DNA of 64,000 bases from Candidatus Moraniibacteriota bacterium (GTDB taxonomy: Bacteria > Patescibacteriota > Minisyncoccia > Moranbacterales > DUUL01). The notes under the pieces are model-generated. The model saw only the letters and a list, made by a program, of their open reading frames with translations, had not been told where the DNA came from and made no database searches. Both the position numbers and the translations under genes were made by a program. Each line of letters starts with the position of its first letter. The first letter of the stretch is position 1. The stretch covers positions 2,428 through 66,427 of the forward strand of contig JBFHFF010000004.1 in NCBI GenBank assembly GCA_041583775.1. The letters run 5' to 3'. Below are positions 28,035-37,715 of the stretch, piece by piece.

Positions 28035-28043
28035 AGTAATCCA

Positions 28044-28271
28044 ATGGAAAATTACAGAGACTGGGATAATGATTCAGGAATTGAAGCTTATGAAATTGAA
28101 AACGATGCCATAATTATTCAATTTAAAAATGGAAGAAATAAATTTTATAAATATACAAATTTTTCTTGTGGCTCAGATAATATTGCTATAATGAAACAAC
28201 TTGCTTGTGAAGGAGAGGGACTTAACGAATTTATTGTTGAAAATAAAATTGAGTACGAATCTAAATGGTAA
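28044..28271 (+). CDS. KTSC-like small protein
   Basis: SGIEAYEI...IIIQFKNG...YKY...MKQLA..GEGLNEFI. Confidence 0.6.
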   Translation: MENYRDWDNDSGIEAYEIENDAIIIQFKNGRNKFYKYTNFSCGSDNIAIMKQLACEGEGLNEFIVENKIEYESKW

Positions 28272-28287
28272 TTTTTTGAATACTATT

Positions 28288-29136
28288 ATGAAAAAGAGAC
28301 CAACAGAAAACAATATCCGCCCAACAATTTTTGAACAAAAAGAAGTGCGTCGAGTGTGGCACAATGAACAATGGTTTTTTGTTATAAATGATATTGTAAG
28401 TGCGCTCACGCAAACATCAAATGTTTCTGATTATATTAAAAAAATGAGATTGCGAGATATTGAGCTTGGAAAAGGGTGGGGACAGATTGTCACCCCCCTT
28501 TCTGTGAAGACCAAGGGTGGCTTGCAGAAATTAAATTGTGGTGATTTGAAGGGAATTTTTCGTATTATTCAATCAATTCCATCTCCCAAGGCTGAACCGT
28601 TTAAACAATGGTTGGCGAGAGTGGGACAAGAAAGAATTGAGGAGATTCAAGATCCTGAAAGGGCAATTGTGCGAGCCAAAAAAATCTATGAACAAAAGGG
28701 TTACAAAGATGACTGGATTGCTAAAAGAATGCGAGGGATTAATGTGCGGAATACTTTGACGGACGAATGGAAAGAAAGAGGTGCAAGAGGTGGCTTTGAT
28801 TTTGCTATTTTGACTAACGAAATTTATCGAGGTGCATTTGAAATGGATGCCAAGCAGATTAAGGAATTTAAATCATTAGACAATCCAGATAACCCAAGAG
28901 ATCATATGTCAGAACTTGAGCTTATTTTAACAATGCTTGGAGAGGCGACGACCACAGAAATTACTACTACTAAAAATTCAAAAGGTTTATCGGAATTATC
29001 TCAAGATGCAAAAGAAGGTGGACAAGTGGCGGGTAGAACCAGGAAAGATATTGAGAAGCAAACAGGCAAAAAAATAATTTTAGAAAATAATTTTAAAAAC
29101 CAGAAACTTTTAAGAAGTAAATTTAAGAAAAAATAA
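28288..29136 (+). CDS. Bro-N domain DNA-binding protein
   Basis: FEQKEVRRVW...WFFVINDIV...FRIIQSIPSPKAEPFKQWLA...NPRDHM. Confidence 0.88.
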   Translation: MKKRPTENNIRPTIFEQKEVRRVWHNEQWFFVINDIVSALTQTSNVSDYIKKMRLRDIELGKGWGQIVTPLSVKTKGGLQKLNCGDLKGIFRIIQSIPSPKAEPFKQWLARVGQERIEEIQDPERAIVRAKKIYEQKGYKDDWIAKRMRGINVRNTLTDEWKERGARGGFDFAILTNEIYRGAFEMDAKQIKEFKSLDNPDNPRDHMSELELILTMLGEATTTEITTTKNSKGLSELSQDAKEGGQVAGRTRKDIEKQTGKKIILENNFKNQKLLRSKFKKK

Positions 29137-29137
29137 T

Positions 29138-32100
29138 ATGAGCATATTAAACATAGATTTCGACGAAGCCAGACAATCACAACTACCCTTTGTGGAATTG
29201 CTTTTAAATTTGGGCTACAAATACATATCTCGAGAGGAGCTGCTGCAAGAACGAAAAGGAGACACAGGAAAATTTATCTTGCGAAAAACTGCCAGTGAGG
29301 TCTTGATGAAAATCAATAGCTATGAGTATGCTGGAAAGGAATATAAATTTAGCGAAGAAAAAGTTTTTGAAGCTATTGATGAATTGGAAAACATTCCCTA
29401 TGAAGGTTTAGTAGATACTTCAGCCAAAATTTATCAAACTATCATGCCAACTAGCGGAGGGAAAACCATTCAAGTTTTTCATGATGGCAAAAAAATGAGT
29501 CAAAATTTTCGTTTTATTGATTTTGAAAATGTAGAAAATAATGTTTTTCAAGTGGCGGTGGAATTCGAGGCTACAGGGAAAGAAAACATTCGTCCAGACA
29601 TCGTGGTTTTTATAAACGGCATTCCCTTGGCCATAATCGAAAATAAAAAAGCTAGCGTTGATGTCCAAGAAGCTTTGAGACAAATGATCCGTAATCAAAG
29701 AGCAGAATATTGTCCAAGACTCTTCATATATCCGCAATTATTAGTTGCTACAAACGGCAAAGATTTGCGTTATGGCACCACAGCTACCCCGACAGAATTC
29801 TATGCTAAGTGGCGAGAGAAAGATGGAGAAAAAGAATTAGAAGAAAAAGTAGAAAATCTAATTTCTACAAAAATTGAAAAGGACCTTTATAAAAAAGTTT
29901 GTCTAGACCTCAATGGAGCAACTAAAAATCATTTACAAAAAATCAATCGTGATGTAACTGAGCAAGATCGGGGTGTGGTGGCAATTTTTGATAAACATAG
30001 AATTTTAGATTTAGCAAAGAACTTTATTCTTTATGATGCAGGTATAAAAAAAGTAATGCGCTACCAGCAATATTTTGCTATTAAGAGAATTTTAGAGAGA
30101 ATAGAACATAGAGTTCCTGGCAAAGATGGAGACAAAAGAGAAGGAGGTATTTTATGGCATACTCAAGGAAGTGGAAAGTCATTAACAATGGTAATGTTTA
30201 TCAAGGCCTTGATTGAAAGTCCCGAAATTATAAATCCTCGAGTATTGATTGTGACTGATAGAAAAGATTTGGATAGGCAAATTAAAGGAACTTTTGAAAA
30301 TGCAGGATTGAAAAAAGAAGTGGTGCAGGCTAAAAGTGGAGAGGATCTTTTGAATCTTATTGAGAAAAAAGATTTAAGCGTGGTGACAACTCTTATTCAG
30401 AAATTTCAATCGGCCAGTAGAAAGAATGTTGGTTTTGAAGATTTGGATGATAATATTTTTGTATTGATTGATGAAGCCCATCGGTCACAGGGAGGAGAAG
30501 CAAACATTGAAATGAATCGTATCATTCCCAATGCTTGCTATATTGCTTTCACTGGCACGCCTCTTCTTAAGAAAGAAAAGTCGAAAAATAAATTTGGTAG
30601 TTTTATCGATAAATATACTATTGATGATGCTCTGACTGATGAGATTATTTTGCCCTTGATCTACGAAGGACGCTATGTGGATCTTCATCAAGACAAAAAA
30701 GAAGTTGATAGACAATGGGACAGAGTGACTGATGGTTTGCCAGATGCTCATAAATATCAATTGCAACAAGATATTGAAAAGAAAATTATTGCCAATAACC
30801 CAAGTCGTATTGCAGAGATTTCTTATGACATTGAAAAACATTACATAACTAGATTCAAAGATACAGGACTAAAAGCACAAATTGTAGCACCATCAAAATA
30901 TTCAGCTGTACTTTTTGAAAAATATTTCAAAGAGAGCGGAAAAGTTCAAACTGCCTTGGTAATTTCTGATGAAAATGGTCTTATCGACATGAAAGATAGC
31001 CATAAAAGAGACGTGGATGAATATTTGAAAGATATAAAAGAGAAATATCAGAGCTTAAAGAAATATGAAGAAAGTGTTATTGATAGTTTTAAATACAACG
31101 AGGACGGTGTGGAAATTTTGATCGTGGTAGACAAATTATTAACCGGTTTTGATGCTCCACGGAACACTGTTTTGTATTTAGCCAAGGAACTCAGAGATCA
31201 CAATTTATTACAAGCCATTGCTAGAGTAAATCGGCTATTTGATAATCGAAACTTGCCAAAAACCGCTGGGTATATTATTGATTATTCAGAGAATGCTCAG
31301 AATATTAGAACCGCAATGCAACTTTTTGGAAATTATGATGGGGATGATGTGGCTGGTGCGCTTATTGATGTGAGGGAAAAAATTAATGAGTTGGATGATC
31401 ACTATGGAAAACTGCACGATATATTTAGAGGAGTCAAGGATGATGATGAAGCATATTTGAAATATTTGGAAGATGAGCAGATAAGAAAAGAATTTTATGA
31501 CGGGATAAGAAAATTTTTAACTACCTTTAATGAATGTATGAATTTACGGGATTTTGTTCATGAGTTTGAAAATATTGATATTTATCGTAAAGAGTTGAAA
31601 AAATTCATGGAGCTGCGTAAAATCGCAAGCGTTCGTTACGCGGAGAGAGTTGATTTTGCAAAATACAAACAAGCGCTGACAAAAATCATGGATGAAAATA
31701 TCCGAGCAGAAGAGGTAGAGTTTTTGACGAGAGAAATTACTATTACTGATAAGGATGCTTTTGAAAAAGTTATTGAAGAGCTAGGGTCTGATAAATCAAA
31801 AGCTGATGCAATCACCGCTCAAACGAAAAAGATTATTTCAGAAAATGCAGTGAAAGATCCAGAATTTTATAATAGATTCTCTAAGCAAATCAATGATTTA
31901 ATCGAAGAGATGCGGTTAGGAAAAATTGCTGATATTGAAGCTTTGAAAGAAGCGCGTAAAATTAATGAGGAGGTTAATGATAAAAAGGACGAAACTGTTC
32001 CATTGGAGTTAAGCGACAAAGCTGGTGCAGATATAATTTTTCGAAATATTAAAAAGGAATTCGATGATTTGAATGTGACAGAGGATCAATATGTAGAAAT

Positions 32101-32317
32101 CATTTCCAATTTACACGGAGTGATTTGTGATAATGCTGTTGTGGACTGGTGGAAAAATAGTGAACATAAAAGAAGAATGAAAGAAGTTATCGATGATTAT
32201 CTTTATGATGAAGTTAAAATAAAGATGGACATTGAGCTTACTAATGAAAAGATAGAGGAAATGATTGATATCGTTATGGATTTAGTTCAAAATAATCACG
32301 AGATCTTTAGCTTATGA
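29138..32317 (+). CDS. hsdR: Type I R-M restriction subunit R
   Basis: RPDIVVFINGIPLAIIENK nuclease; WHTQGSGKS, DEAHR, FTGTP and LLQAIARVNR helicase motifs. Confidence 0.96.
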   Translation: MSILNIDFDEARQSQLPFVELLLNLGYKYISREELLQERKGDTGKFILRKTASEVLMKINSYEYAGKEYKFSEEKVFEAIDELENIPYEGLVDTSAKIYQTIMPTSGGKTIQVFHDGKKMSQNFRFIDFENVENNVFQVAVEFEATGKENIRPDIVVFINGIPLAIIENKKASVDVQEALRQMIRNQRAEYCPRLFIYPQLLVATNGKDLRYGTTATPTEFYAKWREKDGEKELEEKVENLISTKIEKDLYKKVCLDLNGATKNHLQKINRDVTEQDRGVVAIFDKHRILDLAKNFILYDAGIKKVMRYQQYFAIKRILERIEHRVPGKDGDKREGGILWHTQGSGKSLTMVMFIKALIESPEIINPRVLIVTDRKDLDRQIKGTFENAGLKKEVVQAKSGEDLLNLIEKKDLSVVTTLIQKFQSASRKNVGFEDLDDNIFVLIDEAHRSQGGEANIEMNRIIPNACYIAFTGTPLLKKEKSKNKFGSFIDKYTIDDALTDEIILPLIYEGRYVDLHQDKKEVDRQWDRVTDGLPDAHKYQLQQDIEKKIIANNPSRIAEISYDIEKHYITRFKDTGLKAQIVAPSKYSAVLFEKYFKESGKVQTALVISDENGLIDMKDSHKRDVDEYLKDIKEKYQSLKKYEESVIDSFKYNEDGVEILIVVDKLLTGFDAPRNTVLYLAKELRDHNLLQAIARVNRLFDNRNLPKTAGYIIDYSENAQNIRTAMQLFGNYDGDDVAGALIDVREKINELDDHYGKLHDIFRGVKDDDEAYLKYLEDEQIRKEFYDGIRKFLTTFNECMNLRDFVHEFENIDIYRKELKKFMELRKIASVRYAERVDFAKYKQALTKIMDENIRAEEVEFLTREITITDKDAFEKVIEELGSDKSKADAITAQTKKIISENAVKDPEFYNRFSKQINDLIEEMRLGKIADIEALKEARKINEEVNDKKDETVPLELSDKAGADIIFRNIKKEFDDLNVTEDQYVEIISNLHGVICDNAVVDWWKNSEHKRRMKEVIDDYLYDEVKIKMDIELTNEKIEEMIDIVMDLVQNNHEIFSL

Positions 32318-33018
32318 AAAAAATAAAATTTATTTATGGAAAATATAGTTATGAATATATTTTAATTCTAGAGAAAAGAAAGTCTTTAAGTTTGGCAATA
32401 TATCCAGATATGAAAATTGTTTTAAAATCTCCCGACAACCTTAATGCAGATGCTATTGAAAAATTTCTTAAAAAAAAGTGGTTATGGATGGAAAAGCAAC
32501 TACAATTTTTTTCTCAATTTCAAGGGAAAAAAGTTAAAAAAAGTTATGTTTCAGGTGAGAGTTTTTTGTATTTAGGTCGTCAATATAAATTGATTGTGGA
32601 GAAATCTGATCAGGATTCTATGTTACTGCAAAAAGGAAGGTTAGTACTCAGTACAACAGGAGAATTAAGAGATGGTAACAAAAATAAAAAATTAATTAAG
32701 AAGTGGTATAATGATAGAATAGAAGTTATATTTAAAGAAAGATTTGAGGAAGTAAGAAGAAATTTTGACTATGATTTTGAGTTTAAGTTGACTATCAGAA
32801 AAATGAATAAACGATGGGGGAGTTATGCTAGAAATAACACTATATCATTAAATCCACTATTAATTAATGCTTCTAAAAAATGTATTGATTATGTAATAAC
32901 TCACGAATTATGCCATGCAGAAAATAAGAAGCATGACAATAAATTTTTTCAATTATTATCTCGTAAATTTCCAAATTGGCAGAAAGTAAAGGAGGAGCTA
33001 GAGTTGAGGTTTACTTAA
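32314..33018 (+). CDS. YgjP-like (DUF45/M48) metallopeptidase-family protein
   Basis: GESFLYLG, KRWGS, IDYVITHELCH; typical partner downstream of hsdR. Confidence 0.9.
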   Translation: MKKIKFIYGKYSYEYILILEKRKSLSLAIYPDMKIVLKSPDNLNADAIEKFLKKKWLWMEKQLQFFSQFQGKKVKKSYVSGESFLYLGRQYKLIVEKSDQDSMLLQKGRLVLSTTGELRDGNKNKKLIKKWYNDRIEVIFKERFEEVRRNFDYDFEFKLTIRKMNKRWGSYARNNTISLNPLLINASKKCIDYVITHELCHAENKKHDNKFFQLLSRKFPNWQKVKEELELRFT

Positions 33019-33054
33019 ATTTATGTAATTGATTACTTACATAAATTTAAAAAA

Positions 33055-33108
33055 ATGACAGTACGCAAAAGTGACTCGAAGATTATTATTGAGGACTGGA
33101 AGAAATAG
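33055..33108 (+). pseudogene. C-terminal remnant of a second AbrB-like gene
   Basis: MTVRKSDSKIIIEDWKK-stop parallels VTRVRGGVMIKDWKK-stop of 23072..23242. Confidence 0.55.
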
Positions 33109-33137
33109 AAAAAGAAATAATGCGACATAATGCTAGC

Positions 33138-33186
33138 CTGGATTCCTGCCGATGTTCACCCCGCGAATGCCGGGGCAGGAATGACA
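33138..33186. repeat. GTCATTCC-type REP-like palindrome with an inner hairpin, copy 2
   Basis: CTGGATTCCTGCC...CCCCGCGAATGCCGGGGCAGGAATGACA. Confidence 0.7.
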
Positions 33187-33213
33187 AAAGACTAGAAGAA
33201 ATAACAAAACAAA

Positions 33214-34683
33214 ATGCCCCATCTCTCAAAAACAGACTTTAAAGAGTATCTAATTTGCCCAAAGTGTCTTTGGTTGAAGAGGAAGAGACCCAATGACTAT
33301 GTTCAAGGGGAATTTTCTGCGTTCCTAAAAAAGCTGATAAAGGATGGATATGAAGTTGAGGAATATTTCAAACAATTCTTTCCTTTGGGGGTGACCGTTT
33401 GGAGCAGGAAGGAAAAAGCGGTGGAGGAGACAAAGGAACTGATTGAGCAGAAAAAGACAATCTTCCAAGCCACAATCGAAACGGAAGATGGAACTTTTGC
33501 GAAGATTGATGTTTTGGAATTCAACGAGAAAGAAAACAACTGGAGTCTCTATGAAGTGAAATCTGGCTCAAGCATCAAGAACGACTTGTTTCACAACCAC
33601 ATCAAAGACATTGCGTTTCAGAAGATAGCACTTGAAAAATCAGGACTTGAAATTGGGAAAAGCTTCTTGGTGCACTTGAACAAGGAGTATCGAAGAGCCG
33701 GAGAGATTGAACTTGAAAAACTCTTCATCTTCAATGAAGTTTCAGCGAAGATTGATGAAATTCAAAAAGAAACAGAGCAAGAAATCTCACAGGCACTGGA
33801 GCTTTTGAAAAAAGATGACATTGATCTTAGCGGTTGCGAGTGTCTCTATCAAAGTAGTGGGCAAAGATGTGATTGTTTCAAATTCTTCAATCCCCAGGTT
33901 CCCGCCTATTCAACGGGACATATTTTTAAAAAAAAGAAATTGCGAGCCTTGATCGAGGATGGAATCTTTGATCCAATCGATGTTCCTGATGATTTAAAAA
34001 TGACTGATGCGCAAGCAACCAAAGTTGAATTGCAAAAGAGTGGGATTCCACAAATAGACAAGGTCGCTGTTGACGCAACGCTGTCAGAATTGGTCTATCC
34101 TTTGTATTTCTTCGATTATGAAACATTTGGAAAGCCTGTGCCTCTTTTGGACGGATACAAGACCAGTCAGCAGTTGGTGTTTCAATATTCCTTGCATGTT
34201 TTGCACAAAAACGGAAAACTTGAGCATTTTGAATATCTAGCAGACAAGTTGGAAGGTGCAACAAAAGGCTTGGTGGAATCCATGAAAGCGAACATTGGTC
34301 CAGTCGGAAGCATTTTGGTTTGGTATGAATCTTTTGAGAAAAGCAGAAACTGCGAACTGATGGAACTGCACCCCGAGGCAAAGGAGTTTTTGGAGGATAT
34401 GAACGAGAGAATTTTTGATTTGATGAAGGTTTTCAAGAAAGATTATCTGCATCCAGAATTCAACGGAAGCGCCTCAATCAAAAAAGTGTTGCCTGTTTTG
34501 GTGCCAGAACTTTCATATGCAGAGCTGGATGTGCAAAATGGAACAATGGCAATCGAAGCCTGGGGCAGAACAATCTTTGAGAAAGTTGATAAAAAGGAAA
34601 TCGAAGAGATCAGAAGAAATCTCCTGAAATATTGCGAGCTGGATACATTGGCAATGGTTAAGATATTGGAAAAAATAAGTTAG
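33214..34683 (+). CDS. DUF2779 domain protein (N-terminal PD-(D/E)xK-like nuclease plus RNase H-like domain)
   Basis: LSKTDF...CPKCLWL, IDVL...YEVKSG, YFFDYET, SASIKKVLP, LLKYCELDT. Confidence 0.85.
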   Translation: MPHLSKTDFKEYLICPKCLWLKRKRPNDYVQGEFSAFLKKLIKDGYEVEEYFKQFFPLGVTVWSRKEKAVEETKELIEQKKTIFQATIETEDGTFAKIDVLEFNEKENNWSLYEVKSGSSIKNDLFHNHIKDIAFQKIALEKSGLEIGKSFLVHLNKEYRRAGEIELEKLFIFNEVSAKIDEIQKETEQEISQALELLKKDDIDLSGCECLYQSSGQRCDCFKFFNPQVPAYSTGHIFKKKKLRALIEDGIFDPIDVPDDLKMTDAQATKVELQKSGIPQIDKVAVDATLSELVYPLYFFDYETFGKPVPLLDGYKTSQQLVFQYSLHVLHKNGKLEHFEYLADKLEGATKGLVESMKANIGPVGSILVWYESFEKSRNCELMELHPEAKEFLEDMNERIFDLMKVFKKDYLHPEFNGSASIKKVLPVLVPELSYAELDVQNGTMAIEAWGRTIFEKVDKKEIEEIRRNLLKYCELDTLAMVKILEKIS

Positions 34684-34728
34684 AAAAAAGAAGCTTGTTA
34701 ATTTATTGTCGAAGATTAAGAATAACAA

Positions 34729-34881
34729 ATGAAAAAGAAATATATTTTTTTTATTTATACCATAAGCATCCTAACTGTTATTTTCATTGCTATTTCAATC
34801 TGGATTTTATCTACTTGGGCGATTCAATCAGGAAGACAAAACGCGGGAAGGGATGTAAAAATTCATGGCGGAATTCAATAA
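34729..34881 (+). CDS. Putative 50-aa single-TM peptide or truncated gene
   Basis: MKKKYIFFIYTISILTVIFIAISIWILSTWAIQ... after an A-rich leader. Confidence 0.35.
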   Translation: MKKKYIFFIYTISILTVIFIAISIWILSTWAIQSGRQNAGRDVKIHGGIQ

Positions 34882-35079
34882 GCTAACATTTCACTTTCCA
34901 TCTAATCTAAATCAAAAATATAATGTATTTCAAAAATAAATCTTCAAACAATTATAGAATTAGCTTGAGTTTCCCCGGTTTAATCTCTAGATAAAGGTAA
35001 AAGACATTGAGTCATATTCTGATTTCTAGCGGTCTTGGTGTGCTTGTGATAAGATATTAAGAAATAAAAAATATAACCC

Positions 35080-36228
35080 TTGAAAACTATGTTTGATCTT
35101 ATGCTTATTTTTTCAATTGTCTTTGTCTTGGCTTTGACAATTTTCGTTTTGAAGATGTTTTCATCTGAGAGTGCAGTGAAAATGAAGAGGGTCGCACTCT
35201 GGATTGTTTCCAATCTTATATTCTTATTTCCAGCCGGGTATATCTGGTTTTTTGTTTATATAAAATATTTATCTGAAATATATGACGAGAATTACATTGC
35301 CGGGGGGATTTTAGCTGGAGTCATTCTGTCTCTATTTCAAGTAGTTATATTTGCAGTTGAACGGTATTCAAAGGGCAGTTACGAAAAGAAGGTTGGGGAT
35401 GTTTCTCTGATTTCCTTAACTCTAACTATGTTTTTGATGTTTTTGTTTTATAGGGAGGCATATTTTGATTTTCAATTGATGAGTTATGTTGAAAATGGCA
35501 TCACTTGGGTACTCTTTTGCATTATTATATATATTCTCGCAAGAATAGTGTCTAGCGAGAAAACGAAGAAAATGTTTTTATGGAACAAGATATTGATTGT
35601 TGCTGGACCAATCATGGCGTTTGTTGGGTATAGTTTGTTTTTTGTCGCTCCTACTCACAGTGAACCACACTTAGACACTAAAGAGTTTTTTATTTGTACC
35701 AATAAATTTGGCAAACATGAACAATATGGTCCATGGTTCAAAAAATCGTGGAAAGGAGTTTGCATCCAACATCGATTGTGTGCTACGAATGCAGGGAAGG
35801 TGCTTGGATGTGATTCAGAATTAGCATCATTAATTAAAAACACAGGTGATTCTTGGCAAAGAACAAACGCTGATTTTTTGGACATTGTGCCTTATTCCTA
35901 TAAAGAAGATCACTTTGTGGAGAATCCAAAGGCCTTAGAAGAAAGGCATGTCGTGAGTGATGCATATTTATTTCGCACAAACAAGGGTGGTGGTTTTTAT
36001 TATACAAAAGGAGGCGAATGGATCGTTGGTGGAATTGATGCTTCTAGCTTTCAGAGTTTAGGTGGATTCTATTTCAGGGATGAGAAGAATCTTTTCTATC
36101 AAGACAAGAAGTTGCGGGTGGGGTATAATATTTATAATATCGATGATATCGAATATTTAGGCAGTAACTGCTTGAGGTATAGAGAGATTTTTTATAAAAA
36201 AGGGAAGAAAGTTGATAGTTGTGACTAA
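35080..36228 (+). CDS. Multi-pass membrane protein with C-terminal DKNYY-like repeat
   Basis: About six TM segments; GIDASSFQSLGGFYFRDEKNLFY. Confidence 0.7.
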   Translation: MKTMFDLMLIFSIVFVLALTIFVLKMFSSESAVKMKRVALWIVSNLIFLFPAGYIWFFVYIKYLSEIYDENYIAGGILAGVILSLFQVVIFAVERYSKGSYEKKVGDVSLISLTLTMFLMFLFYREAYFDFQLMSYVENGITWVLFCIIIYILARIVSSEKTKKMFLWNKILIVAGPIMAFVGYSLFFVAPTHSEPHLDTKEFFICTNKFGKHEQYGPWFKKSWKGVCIQHRLCATNAGKVLGCDSELASLIKNTGDSWQRTNADFLDIVPYSYKEDHFVENPKALEERHVVSDAYLFRTNKGGGFYYTKGGEWIVGGIDASSFQSLGGFYFRDEKNLFYQDKKLRVGYNIYNIDDIEYLGSNCLRYREIFYKKGKKVDSCD

Positions 36229-36317
36229 GATGCTTGAATTTTGGAATTCTAGAAAGAGCAAAGCAGGGCAAGGTGAGGCTGTGTTAATAAAGAAGATAAA
36301 GAAGGGTAAGAAAAAAC

Positions 36318-37214
36318 ATGAAAAAAATACTAATTTTGTTGTTGGTAGTATTCCCGATCTCTCTTTTCAGTGGATGCCAAAAAGATGATTTGAAAGAGGT
36401 AATAGGAGAATCTTCTGTGGAAATGCAGAGTGATGAGATTGAGGGAGAGAAAGTGGCAAAAGAGGAATGGGAGCCGATAACGGAGATGGGTGGAGCAACT
36501 TTAGTGGAAACACCTACTGGCTTCACAGCTAGAGATGTGAATAAAATGAAGTCTGATACTATAGTGATGTGGGATTCTTCCACAGGCTATCTGATGGAAA
36601 GAGGTCATGGAAGAAGTCCTATGCCAAGTCCTATTTTTGAGTTTCTTTCTCTATGTGTGGAAGGAGGCGGAAACCTTGTTTCACCTACTTCAGTTTTTGG
36701 TGGAGGTTCTGTTTGTAGCGATGAAAATATCGTCTCAAGGTCTTGGCCTGATCTGATGGAGGGGATTTTTGTTTATGGTGAAGTTAGCAATGAAAAAATA
36801 GAGTTTAAAGCGGGAGGTTCTGCTTTTATCTTTTGTGATACGAAGACAAAAAAATGTGAGGAATCTCAGGGTGAGATGTCAGAGCTAGAAAAGGAAAAAA
36901 GAGGTTATGCATCAGCAGTTTTGTTCTCAGCGATGCAAGATATTTTTTATTGTCATAATAAAAAAGGAATAATTCTTCAGCCAAAGGATTCTTTGATGGG
37001 AGGAGGGAATATGTGTAGTATCGAATTGAGCTTAGGAGGGGAGAAGCTAACATGGAAACCAGTAAATGACCTTCAAGTAGGAATCGTTGACGAGAAGAAA
37101 TATTCATATGGAAAAATCAATGAAGATTTGATCTCACTTAACTATCAAGGTTCACCAACTTTTTGTTGCAAAGTCAAAAAAGGTTTTTGCGGAGGACCTG
37201 AACTCTGTGAATAA
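36318..37214 (+). CDS. Lipoprotein with two Cys-rich repeated domains
   Basis: Lipobox FSGC; C...P.S..GGG..CS...W...YG....I...C......C repeated twice. Confidence 0.72.
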   Translation: MKKILILLLVVFPISLFSGCQKDDLKEVIGESSVEMQSDEIEGEKVAKEEWEPITEMGGATLVETPTGFTARDVNKMKSDTIVMWDSSTGYLMERGHGRSPMPSPIFEFLSLCVEGGGNLVSPTSVFGGGSVCSDENIVSRSWPDLMEGIFVYGEVSNEKIEFKAGGSAFIFCDTKTKKCEESQGEMSELEKEKRGYASAVLFSAMQDIFYCHNKKGIILQPKDSLMGGGNMCSIELSLGGEKLTWKPVNDLQVGIVDEKKYSYGKINEDLISLNYQGSPTFCCKVKKGFCGGPELCE

Positions 37215-37234
37215 TAACAAAATAAAAAAACAAA

Positions 37235-37708
37235 ATGTCAGAAAATATTACATTTGTGAGAAATCTGGTCAAAGGAAAAATAGCTGAAACAGTTTTCGCT
37301 GAGATGCTTCGTCATTCAGGTAAATTTACTGTTTTGGAATTTGGCTATGAAAAAATAATCCCAGAGCTAACTCATGTTGGTTGCAAAAGAGAGGACAATG
37401 AGATGATTGAAACCTTGAAGACTGCACCAGACTTCGCGGTGATCAATAGAGAAACTAAAGAGGTTAAACTAATTGAGGTTAAATATAGAAGACTTTTGGA
37501 TTATTCTAAGACCTTAAAAGTTGCCAAGCGAATGCATCAGTCGTGGAATCCCTCTTATTTATTTCTGATTACTCTAGACGGATTTTATTTTGATGAAATA
37601 AATAGTATTATAGAAAATAATGGCAAAATTTCACCATTAGTACACGCTTACATACCAAAAGATGTACAAGTGAAATATTTAAAAATAATTCAGGATTTTG
37701 AACAATGA
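37235..37708 (+). CDS. PD-(D/E)xK-family nuclease-like protein
   Basis: KGKIAE...PDF...LIEVKYR. Confidence 0.65.
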   Translation: MSENITFVRNLVKGKIAETVFAEMLRHSGKFTVLEFGYEKIIPELTHVGCKREDNEMIETLKTAPDFAVINRETKEVKLIEVKYRRLLDYSKTLKVAKRMHQSWNPSYLFLITLDGFYFDEINSIIENNGKISPLVHAYIPKDVQVKYLKIIQDFEQ

Positions 37709-37715
37709 CAAGTAT

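Noticed and set aside
28288-29136. Prophage (Bro-N antirepressor)
   Set aside because: No phage structural, replication or integrase genes; this Bro-N type is common cargo in R-M operons
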